A DNA stretch of 45,714 bases from assembly GCA_964368045.1 (NCBI GenBank), contig CAYIZJ010000001.1, positions 1 to 45,714 on the forward strand. The letters are read 5' to 3'. How positions within the stretch are numbered: the first letter of the stretch is position 1; every line of letters starts with the position of its first letter. The notes under the pieces are model-generated. The model ran no database searches. It worked only from the letters and a program-made list of their open reading frames with translations, and was not told the DNA's origin. Shown one piece after another: positions 16,265 to 24,265 of this stretch. Source of the DNA: an uncultured Muribaculaceae bacterium (GTDB lineage Bacteria; Pseudomonadota; Alphaproteobacteria; Rs-D84). Made by a program: the position numbers and the translations under genes.

Positions 16265-19228
16265 ATGAAAATTCTGAACAAAACAATTGGAATTATCGCA
16301 ACTATGGCTGTTTTGCCTGCTGCGGTTGCTGTAACATACAGAACAACGGGAACGACATATTCATCCCGTATGCCGACTATGACGGGTGTGATAAATTCGA
16401 CAACATCTGCGTCAACATCGACCAGTTCGTCCACAACCACCAGCGTTGACGAAGTCAACAGACTGTGCGTTGATAATTATGTGGGCTGTTTAAAGGGTGC
16501 GGATGTCTGCGGAACAAGTTTCCAAGAATGCACCAACAATACATTGCTTTTCGCAAAACAAGGTATGTGTGCAAGTACTTTATCGGCTTGTTCATCTGCT
16601 GCGATACAAACATTGTACGGAATTGGTTCAACGACTTCGTTTGCTAACAAAGACAGCAACGGCGAATACGTTTATCCTGCGGACACCAGTGTTTTGGGAC
16701 AAATGGTCGAAGCCGCATTTTTAAACAACCGTTATGACACATCAACCTGTGTTCGCAGATATGAAACATGTTTAACACGTGGGGATGTTTGTGGTTCGGA
16801 CTTTGAATTATGTACAACAGATACAGAATTTAAAAAACAAAAATTATTCTGCGAATCGACGCTGGGCCGTTGCCAAGAAGACGGTGTACTTGAATTATTC
16901 GGCACAACAACCCCGTCTGCAAGTCCATCCAGCACCAGTCGTTTGGGTATAAAAATCACCGAAGGTGCCGCATTGGCTGCGATTAACGCAGTTTCGACTT
17001 GTTACAAAGTTGCCGATCAATGTATTTTAAATACTTGTGCAACAAATCCGTACAAGTGTAAAGCTGGTTCCGATATGGCAATCGCTGATGCTGCGGACGT
17101 TATCAATAACGAAGACGCAACATCGAACAATGAAATATCTTTTGAAAGTGTTACCAGTTCACAGGTTCGTGGATTTATAGAAAACAATTGCTTTGACACA
17201 ATCGGTGCGAACAAATATTGTTATGCGACATTTTTGGGTGGTGGTGCAATGCCGTCAAATTCCCAATTACAGGACCAAGACAACAGATATGATGTCTTTG
17301 CCGAAGCATACGCATCCCGTATGAACAATTCAATGGAATCAAAAATCGATGATTTGATTATAAGCTTTGATAAAAAAACAAAAGAACGCTGTGCATCAAC
17401 AATTACCAATTGTGCAATGGGCGCATGTGGTGACGGTGTTGGTTCGGCTTGTTATTCTGCGGCTTTTGCCGAAGGTAACACAGTCAAAGGTGTAACCAGC
17501 GATACAACGCTAAGCGATATTAAATTCAGCTGTGAATCGATTGTAAACAACGATGATTACTGTAAATACGCAGGTGCAACATTTGATAATGCAACGGGTA
17601 CTTTAAGCTTCCTGGGGGATGGTTTATTTGATTTCTTGTTCACATCGATGGACGACGATGTCACAACACCGGATCCAATTGGTGTGGTTGGTGAATTGAA
17701 TGCAAAGTTAAGCAGTTCATACAATGCGGCCGCATTAAACAGAATGGAAGATCAATGTGAAATATTTGCAACACAATGTGTTATATCCGAATGTGGCGAT
17801 GGTTTTGAAAATTGCTACCGCAACAGAAACGATATCTATTCAACCCTGACTGCAACGACCAGTGATTCATTTAACAAAAGTATGAACAAAGTCGGTGGTG
17901 TATTGGATTACACAGTTATTATTGGGCTATGTTTGAATCAGGTAAAAAACAATTCGGTCTGTAATGAACATTTACGTGCCGAAGCCGCCCGTTCCGAAGT
18001 CGGCAAAAATACAAGCAATGTTTGGGGTTCCGATACAACAATCCGCAACAGCTGGTTGGGTGCAGGTGCCTATGACGTTTCCGAAGACCTAAGAGAAGCA
18101 ATACAACAACAGGATGAAAACGGTCAGGATTTGTGTAAAACACAAAGCGGTGTAATCTGTGTATGCGGCACGACCAGTGGTGGTCAGGCATGCGACACAC
18201 CGTATACAATTTCTGAATACGATTACACAATCAACGCGGCTGGAACCAATTTATTCAGTCAAATCATATTCGATTTGGAAAAAGAAGCCCAGGCCGAATA
18301 TAACGCAAAATTAACAAAACAACAAAATATGTGTTTATCCGGAAATACTGGTATCACAGGTTTCAAAGTCGGCGGAACATTTATGTGGGCAAAATTGAAA
18401 AACAATAAAATCCCATCTGATTATCCGGTAAACGGTTTGGAAGACAAAGATTTTGTTTCCAGCAATGAAATACACAACAGTTTTTGCCGTATTCGTGTGA
18501 CATTGCAATCCGAAGACAAAGCGATACAGGATTTGTTGAAAAAAGATGATAAATCAACAGCATACTTTGCGGCCGGTGATTCATTTACCTGCGGAAGCTG
18601 GTTAACACAAGGCGACTTGGATGATATTACAAAGGTTATTTCCGAAGACGTTATGGATGACCGTGAAGCGGGTGATAAAAGAACCAAAACATGGGCCACA
18701 ATTGGCGGTGTTGCGGCAGGCTTGTTGGGTGGTGGATTTGGTGGAAACGCTATTGAAACCAAATTCGGCGGATTATGGGGCGATCCAAAAGCCGTATATG
18801 ACAGCCGTGAAGAATCATCTGCTGCTTTAACCACAGCAAAAAGACAGCTGAGCAATCTGGAAGAAGAATTAGCTGATTTAGAAGAAAGAAACACAGATAA
18901 CTCTCTTGCTAATGATATCGCTGACTTAGAAGAAGAAATCGCTGAAAAAGAAGATGATATCGATAGATTAGAAGAAGATCTAAGAACAGCCGAAGATACA
19001 AAAACCAAACAATGGGCCGGTACAACAATCGGTGCGGGCGTTGGTGGTGCGGTTGGTGGTGTTCTGGGATGGGGCATTGCAAAAAGTGCAACAACTGCCG
19101 CAACCGAGGCCGCCGTTGACGAAGCTGTTATGGAATGGTTGGACAGCATGAGCAGCACAGTTAAATGTTACATAGGTCCTGACGAGGTTGGTTCATACGG
19201 CGACGTTATATCAACCGAAATGGAATAA
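16265..19228 (+). CDS. Giant secreted/surface Cys-rich repeat protein with C-terminal double glycine zipper and acidic coiled coil
   Basis: 987 aa with a signal peptide (IIATMAVLPAAVAVT) and an S/T-rich linker (TSASTSTSSSTTTS). Two clear ~52-aa Cys-module repeats lie at nt 16466-16621 and 16748-16903, with further CxnC clusters downstream. The C-terminus reads GGVAAGLLGGGFGG ... LEEELADLEE...IADLEEEIAEKEDDIDRLEEDL ... GAGVGGAVGGVLGWG. Confidence 0.75.
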   Translation: MKILNKTIGIIATMAVLPAAVAVTYRTTGTTYSSRMPTMTGVINSTTSASTSTSSSTTTSVDEVNRLCVDNYVGCLKGADVCGTSFQECTNNTLLFAKQGMCASTLSACSSAAIQTLYGIGSTTSFANKDSNGEYVYPADTSVLGQMVEAAFLNNRYDTSTCVRRYETCLTRGDVCGSDFELCTTDTEFKKQKLFCESTLGRCQEDGVLELFGTTTPSASPSSTSRLGIKITEGAALAAINAVSTCYKVADQCILNTCATNPYKCKAGSDMAIADAADVINNEDATSNNEISFESVTSSQVRGFIENNCFDTIGANKYCYATFLGGGAMPSNSQLQDQDNRYDVFAEAYASRMNNSMESKIDDLIISFDKKTKERCASTITNCAMGACGDGVGSACYSAAFAEGNTVKGVTSDTTLSDIKFSCESIVNNDDYCKYAGATFDNATGTLSFLGDGLFDFLFTSMDDDVTTPDPIGVVGELNAKLSSSYNAAALNRMEDQCEIFATQCVISECGDGFENCYRNRNDIYSTLTATTSDSFNKSMNKVGGVLDYTVIIGLCLNQVKNNSVCNEHLRAEAARSEVGKNTSNVWGSDTTIRNSWLGAGAYDVSEDLREAIQQQDENGQDLCKTQSGVICVCGTTSGGQACDTPYTISEYDYTINAAGTNLFSQIIFDLEKEAQAEYNAKLTKQQNMCLSGNTGITGFKVGGTFMWAKLKNNKIPSDYPVNGLEDKDFVSSNEIHNSFCRIRVTLQSEDKAIQDLLKKDDKSTAYFAAGDSFTCGSWLTQGDLDDITKVISEDVMDDREAGDKRTKTWATIGGVAAGLLGGGFGGNAIETKFGGLWGDPKAVYDSREESSAALTTAKRQLSNLEEELADLEERNTDNSLANDIADLEEEIAEKEDDIDRLEEDLRTAEDTKTKQWAGTTIGAGVGGAVGGVLGWGIAKSATTAATEAAVDEAVMEWLDSMSSTVKCYIGPDEVGSYGDVISTEME

Positions 19229-19257
19229 AACCATTTGGGATATCGTAAAAACAAATT

Positions 19258-19284
19258 AAACCGCCCATTGGGCGGTTTTTTTTA
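19258..19284 (+). terminator. Rho-independent terminator of the 987-aa gene
   Basis: AAACCGCCC ATT GGGCGGTTT followed by T8. Confidence 0.9.
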
Positions 19285-19338
19285 TTATAATTCAGACAAA
19301 TCCATTCCAAGACACCGCCGCCATCCCCCTTTCCCCCC

Positions 19339-19382
19339 GTCGTCATTGCGAGAAGTCGTCCGGCTTTGCGGCAATCTATTCG
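19339..19382. repeat. 44-nt imperfect-palindrome repeat, copy A
   Basis: GTCGTCATTGCGAGAAGTCGTCCGGCTTTGCGGCAATCTATTCG. It matches copy B at 38 of 44 positions. ATTGC...GCAAT arms form an imperfect hairpin. Confidence 0.7.
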
Positions 19383-19466
19383 AATTCTTTATAAAAAGAT
19401 CACCACGCTAACACTCGTGATGACGGTGCAGACGGGCTTTCTTTCCGTGATGACGACAGTAAAAAG

Positions 19467-19510
19467 GTTGTCATTGCGAAAAGTCATCAGACTTTGCGGC
19501 AATCCATTCG
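19467..19510. repeat. 44-nt imperfect-palindrome repeat, copy B
   Basis: GTTGTCATTGCGAAAAGTCATCAGACTTTGCGGCAATCCATTCG, in direct orientation 128 nt downstream of copy A. A third partial CGTCATTGCA lies at 19524-19533. Confidence 0.7.
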
Positions 19511-19532
19511 TCCTAAAATCCCACGTCATTGC

Positions 19533-19562
19533 AAAAAAACAAACCGCCCAGATGGGCGGTTT
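19533..19562 (-). terminator. Rho-independent terminator of the TPR gene (minus strand)
   Basis: The minus strand reads AAACCGCCC ATCT GGGCGGTTT GTTTTTTTGC. The stem has the same sequence as the plus-strand terminator at 19258. Confidence 0.85.
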
Positions 19563-19584
19563 AGTGTTCAAACAAAGTTTATTT

Positions 19585-20616
19585 TTAATATAATTCCAAT
19601 ATCAACAAAGATAATGTTTGAATCATTTCTTTGTCATTTAATGCGGTTGCAATTATATATGCAGATTCCAAATTATCACGGGCTTGGACCATATCATTTT
19701 GCTGGATATTCAATGCGGCCGATTTTTGAAAATAAGACATTGCCTGTCTGGATAAATCTTCTTTGTCACCCTGTGATGTTTTTCCAGCGATTTGTTCCGA
19801 TATAATACGGATTGCAGATGTGTAATCTTGTTCTGCCAAAACATATTCACCCAATGCGGTATATGCTTCACCACGTTCGGCATAAACGTTTGCTGTGATA
19901 TTACCCGATTGTCTGGCCAATGAATTTGTATAATCTGCAACAGCACCCGCCCAATTTTTCAACCATAAATTTAATTGCCCACGTTTTGCATAAACATCAC
20001 GCATAGACAACAATTCAGATGGATTAACAGCGTTTGCCGCCAAAGTGTTGTTAATATCTGCCAAGGCTTCGGCATAGTTTTCTGTTTTCATAAATAACAA
20101 AGCACGACTGTAAAAACCAACAGCGTTCAAAGTATCCAATGCCAATGCGGTATCAAAGTCTGCCTTTGCCATATTATATTCACCCAAATTAAAATATGCC
20201 TGACCACGAAGCACAAACACATCTGGGGATGGATTTTCTGTTTTTAATGCAACGGTGAAATCTTGGGCTGCACCTTTCATATCGCCGGCTTTCATTTTAT
20301 CTGTTCCCGCCAAAATATAATCGATGTTTTGCATCAGTCTTTCTTCGGCAACAAATTCAACAGTGTTTTGTTGATTAAACATATGTCTGGCACCCAATAT
20401 ATATGTAGTCGCACCGATAAAGAATAAAATTATAAACCAATAAATATAAATTGATAAATCCCATACGTGGAATTTCTTTTTCGGTTGGCTGATTTTTGTT
20501 GTTTTTATCGCTGTTTTAACCACAGGTTTTACAGTTTTTTTTGCAACTGATTTAACTGTTGATTTCTTTTTAACTGGCGATTTCAAAGTCTTTTTTTGAC
20601 CTGTTGTTGTTTTCAT
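19585..20616 (-). CDS. Membrane-anchored TPR-repeat protein with Lys-rich N-terminal tail
   Basis: The start is set at MKTTTGQ (ATG 20616), preceded by SD GGAAGAGAGGGAG; this removes the overlap with the upstream gene. The basic tail is KKTLKSPVKKKSTVKSVAKKTVKPVVKTAIKTTK, followed by one TM (IYIYWFIILFFIGATTYILG). Several TPR-like units follow (AYFNLGEYNMAKADFDTALALD, ALLFMKTENYAEALADINNTLA, AYTALGEYVLAEQDYTSAIRI). Confidence 0.75.
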   Translation of the reverse strand: MKTTTGQKKTLKSPVKKKSTVKSVAKKTVKPVVKTAIKTTKISQPKKKFHVWDLSIYIYWFIILFFIGATTYILGARHMFNQQNTVEFVAEERLMQNIDYILAGTDKMKAGDMKGAAQDFTVALKTENPSPDVFVLRGQAYFNLGEYNMAKADFDTALALDTLNAVGFYSRALLFMKTENYAEALADINNTLAANAVNPSELLSMRDVYAKRGQLNLWLKNWAGAVADYTNSLARQSGNITANVYAERGEAYTALGEYVLAEQDYTSAIRIISEQIAGKTSQGDKEDLSRQAMSYFQKSAALNIQQNDMVQARDNLESAYIIATALNDKEMIQTLSLLILELY

Positions 20617-20650
20617 TAAAAACTCCCTCTCTTCCTTGATAATTATAAGT

Positions 20651-21349
20651 TTAAGGATTTTTAAGCAATTCGTCAATTGTTTTTTGATCCAATTCGATTA
20701 TTTGCCCAACGGACATATTCCCAAGATTAACATTACCGTACGACAATCTGTGCAATTTTAAAACGGGCAACCCCACTGCCTTTAAAGTAATCCGAAGCTC
20801 GTTTTTTTTGCCTTCGGTTATTGTTATTTTTAAATCTTTGTTTTTTTCGATTTCGATTTTCATTGGTTGATACTTTATCCCATCAACCGTTATCCCACGT
20901 CTTAAATCATCCAAGCCGGTAAAATCATCGCCTTTGACACGGGCGATATATGTGCGGGGGATTTTATTCGACGGCAAAGTCAACTGACGGGACACACCCC
21001 CATCATTGGTTAACAATAATAACCCTGTTGTTTTAAAATCCAACCGACCAACATATTTTAAATTACGATATTTTTTATCCAAAACATCAAATATAGTTTT
21101 CCGACCCATTGGGTCAGAATTACTGGTTATCGTATCCAGCGGTTTATGAAAAGCATATAATTTCACATCGGATTTTTTGACCAATTTTTTTCCCGATACT
21201 TTTATGTCTTCGTCGCCATTTACGAAAAACACCGGTGTATTTATGATTATCCCATTCACTTGGACTTTATTTTCCAAAATTAACCGTTCGGCCTCACGTC
21301 GTGAAGCGTATCCGGTATCTGCTATAAACTTTGCCAATCTGGTTGTCAT
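20651..21349 (-). CDS. RsuA/RluB-family rRNA pseudouridine synthase
   Basis: 232 aa with an S4 domain (RLAKFIADTGYASRREAERLILENKVQVNG). The catalytic motif is GRLDFKTTGLLLLTNDG. Confidence 0.85.
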   Translation of the reverse strand: MTTRLAKFIADTGYASRREAERLILENKVQVNGIIINTPVFFVNGDEDIKVSGKKLVKKSDVKLYAFHKPLDTITSNSDPMGRKTIFDVLDKKYRNLKYVGRLDFKTTGLLLLTNDGGVSRQLTLPSNKIPRTYIARVKGDDFTGLDDLRRGITVDGIKYQPMKIEIEKNKDLKITITEGKKNELRITLKAVGLPVLKLHRLSYGNVNLGNMSVGQIIELDQKTIDELLKNP

Positions 21350-21996
21350 AATATTTTCACAATCCCCGCAACGGCGGCCACTTCGGCACGCAATATTGTT
21401 TTACCCAACGACACACCAATCCCGCCCGATTTTTCTAATATATCAAATTCTGTATCACTAAATCCACCCTCGGGCCCGATTATAAAAGATTTGCAATTTT
21501 TAATATCGCAGGTCACATCTGTTTTTATTCTTTCGTCGGCAAAAACAATTTCGGACTTGTCCAAGTCTTCGAATTTTATAACAGGCAATAATTTTGGCAC
21601 ACTGTTTTGACCCGATTGTTCCGCCGATTGAATTATAATTTTTTTACATCTGTCCCAATTTATATGTTTTGCAACAGTGCGTTCGGTAATCACAGGCTGA
21701 ATTCGTGCGACACCAAATTGTGCAATCATATTTAACAATTCATCTGTTTTTTTTATAACCGAAAAACAAAAAGTAATATCCAATTTGGAATCGGGATTGT
21801 TTGTTTTTGCCCCGACATTCAAAGACTTTGCATCATCGGATAATTCGGCTGTATATTCAATTCCGTCATTAAACACCAAACAAGATTTTGTTCGCATAAC
21901 ATTTTTCAAATAATGTGATGTTTCTTTATCCAATTTAATGATTATGTTTTCTGATAAATTTACATCCAGATAAATTCTTGGTATATTTTTCGCCAA
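21346..21996 (-). CDS. rsmE: 16S rRNA (uracil1498-N3)-methyltransferase RsmE
   Basis: 216 aa with C-terminal SPOUT motifs FIIGPEGGFSDTEFDILEK...VSLGKTILRAEVAAVAG. It overlaps the downstream pseudouridine synthase gene by 4 nt. Confidence 0.8.
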   Translation of the reverse strand: MAKNIPRIYLDVNLSENIIIKLDKETSHYLKNVMRTKSCLVFNDGIEYTAELSDDAKSLNVGAKTNNPDSKLDITFCFSVIKKTDELLNMIAQFGVARIQPVITERTVAKHINWDRCKKIIIQSAEQSGQNSVPKLLPVIKFEDLDKSEIVFADERIKTDVTCDIKNCKSFIIGPEGGFSDTEFDILEKSGGIGVSLGKTILRAEVAAVAGIVKIL

Positions 21997-22062
21997 TTTT
22001 TTGACCTTTGTTATTATATTTATGTTTTTATTCTGATAAAAATCTGATATAATTGTATCACA

Positions 22063-24264
22063 ATGGCAGGAAAATTCAACATTTTATCAGCAAGCGGAAA
22101 AGGCAAAGGATTAAAAATATTCCGGTCTTCGTCGTACAAAGAACACTTGCAAAAGCCTATGGCTCAACTGTTCTGGCAAATCCGTTGGCATTCTGGGATT
22201 TGGTTAACCTCGGCCTTTGCTTTTGCGATGGCTTTTCCGGCTGAACATTTATGGCGATATGGCTGGTCACCCGCAACACTTGACTGGATTGTCGTATATT
22301 TACAACAAATGGTTTATACGTTGGGGTTTTCTGTTTTGGCCGAAATACCGGCATGGGTAATGCGAACGGTTACGCAAACTGATTTTGCCTGTATGGTGCC
22401 ATTATTTCCTGTGATATTATATTATATTTTATGCGATACGACCTTTGTCGAAGAATTCAATCCGCACGGTTCTGATAAATTCGATGAAAAGTCTTCGAAC
22501 AAGGCATCCGAAAAAGACATCAAAGAAATGGGATTGTTAAACGGATTTATGATGGTTTTGGGGTATTTCAAGAAAAAGCCTTTGAAGATGAATGAATGTT
22601 TATCGACTTTGTGTTTGGCACCCCCTGGAACGGGTAAAACATATGGACTTGTGCTGCCTACGATTTTTGATTCGACCGACGTTTCTATGATTATTAACGA
22701 CCCAAAGCCGGAATTGATGCAGATTTCGTCCGCATATCGGGCACAATTTGGCCCTGTATTCATTATGAATTGGGGCGGACAATCCGATCCAGAAAAGGGA
22801 ATTTATTACCCGTCATGGAACCCATTGTCCCCAGACCAAGTCCCAACAAACGAAGGCGAACGTGGTACATACATAGATATGATTACAGCAATTTTGGTTT
22901 CCGATAAAACAGCGTCCGCAAATGACCCACACTGGAAATTAACCGGTCGTGCGGGTTTATCGGGAATGCTTATATTTATGATTTCCAAAGTTGAACGGGC
23001 ACGTGCGGATGATTATTTTTATCACCGTATGAAAACACAAACTTTTGACAAAGAAGATGCCGCCGTTTTATCCGATTATTATATGGCGATGACCAATAAT
23101 CCAAACGCTTATGCGGCATTGGAATTGCTTCGCAATGGTGAATTAAATGAATTTAATTATGTTCATATTGGAACATGGGAAAACATCCCAACCGCATGGG
23201 TGGGACGTGAATGTTCAATACCGATGTTAATGGATTGGTTAAATCAAAATCAGTTAAGAATTAACGAAGAAATCGAAACAATGAAAAAACAGGGTGATCA
23301 AATGGCTATGATGAATGCCGACCCTATGAAGAAAATTTATACAGATGCTGTTGATGAAGCACTTCGATATTCATACGCACATCGTTGTATAATCGAATTA
23401 ACCCAATTGGGCAACACTGCGGACAAAGAACGCGCGTCCATCATATCCACAATTATGGCGGGATTGGGCGTTTTCCGAAATCCATCGGTACGAAACAGAA
23501 CCAGCCATTCCGATTTCCAATTCAAAGATTTGCGTGGAATGATTGATCCACGTGATGGCAAAAGCAAACCTGTTACAGTTTATTTATCCATTAACATGGT
23601 TGATGCCGAAGCATTAAATCCAATTACCGGTATTTTCATTGAATTGATGTCTTCGTTTTTGTTGGCAAATCCACCAAACCACAAAAGAAATAATTTACAA
23701 ATGGGTAAATATCCTGTTTTATTCGTATTGGACGAAATGCCAAAAATGCAAAAATTAGAAGCCGTAATCAAAGGACCGGATTTGGGACGTGGTCAAAAAA
23801 TTTCATACCTGATTATAGGTCAAGACATTCACCAAATTTCTGAAAAATATGGTGCGGACGCTGCGTCAACTATTATTTCAACAACCGCCGCCAAGGTTGT
23901 TTTGCGACAAAATGATATGGATACCGCAAAAAAGTTTTCCGAAATGATGGGCGAAAAAATAAAAATCAAAACGGACAAAGAAGGCAAAGATTCAAAATCA
24001 AACGAAATGTTATATTCGCCGATGGACATTATGAAACTGGCCGATGATAAACAGCTTGTGATATTCCAAGGTTGGTACCACAGACCGATTGAAGCCGACA
24101 AACAAATGGCGTTCAAAGATCCACGTTTAAAATCATATATGGATATGGGACAAACCAGTCCTTTGCCAGAATTTTTAATTCCAAAACACCACAAATTGAT
24201 GCGGTATCCTGGGAAGCCAAAAATTTATAATCCTATGACACACGAAACCAAAGAATTGGATTAA
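22063..24264 (+). CDS. Type IV secretion coupling protein (VirD4/TraG family ATPase)
   Basis: 733 aa with N-terminal hydrophobic helices. It has Walker A STLCLAPPGTGKTYGLVLPT, then IINDPKPEL (compare DPKGE), Walker B-like PVLFVLDEMPKM, and LIIGQDIHQISEKYG (compare QSxxQL..YG). The start codon is uncertain; the next Met is MAQLFWQ at codon 33. Confidence 0.8.
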   Translation: MAGKFNILSASGKGKGLKIFRSSSYKEHLQKPMAQLFWQIRWHSGIWLTSAFAFAMAFPAEHLWRYGWSPATLDWIVVYLQQMVYTLGFSVLAEIPAWVMRTVTQTDFACMVPLFPVILYYILCDTTFVEEFNPHGSDKFDEKSSNKASEKDIKEMGLLNGFMMVLGYFKKKPLKMNECLSTLCLAPPGTGKTYGLVLPTIFDSTDVSMIINDPKPELMQISSAYRAQFGPVFIMNWGGQSDPEKGIYYPSWNPLSPDQVPTNEGERGTYIDMITAILVSDKTASANDPHWKLTGRAGLSGMLIFMISKVERARADDYFYHRMKTQTFDKEDAAVLSDYYMAMTNNPNAYAALELLRNGELNEFNYVHIGTWENIPTAWVGRECSIPMLMDWLNQNQLRINEEIETMKKQGDQMAMMNADPMKKIYTDAVDEALRYSYAHRCIIELTQLGNTADKERASIISTIMAGLGVFRNPSVRNRTSHSDFQFKDLRGMIDPRDGKSKPVTVYLSINMVDAEALNPITGIFIELMSSFLLANPPNHKRNNLQMGKYPVLFVLDEMPKMQKLEAVIKGPDLGRGQKISYLIIGQDIHQISEKYGADAASTIISTTAAKVVLRQNDMDTAKKFSEMMGEKIKIKTDKEGKDSKSNEMLYSPMDIMKLADDKQLVIFQGWYHRPIEADKQMAFKDPRLKSYMDMGQTSPLPEFLIPKHHKLMRYPGKPKIYNPMTHETKELD

Positions 24265-24265
24265 A

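Noticed and set aside
16183-16458. 91-aa minus-strand ORF across the start of the 987-aa gene
   Set aside because: It overlaps the signal peptide and S/T-linker coding region of a much better supported gene. It is V/I/T-rich mirror sequence.
18421-19158. 245-aa minus-strand ORF rich in A/S/P
   Set aside because: It is antisense to the Gly-zipper/coiled-coil C-terminus of the 987-aa gene. It is a mirror image of GGx and GAA-rich codons, and it has no SD or independent signal.
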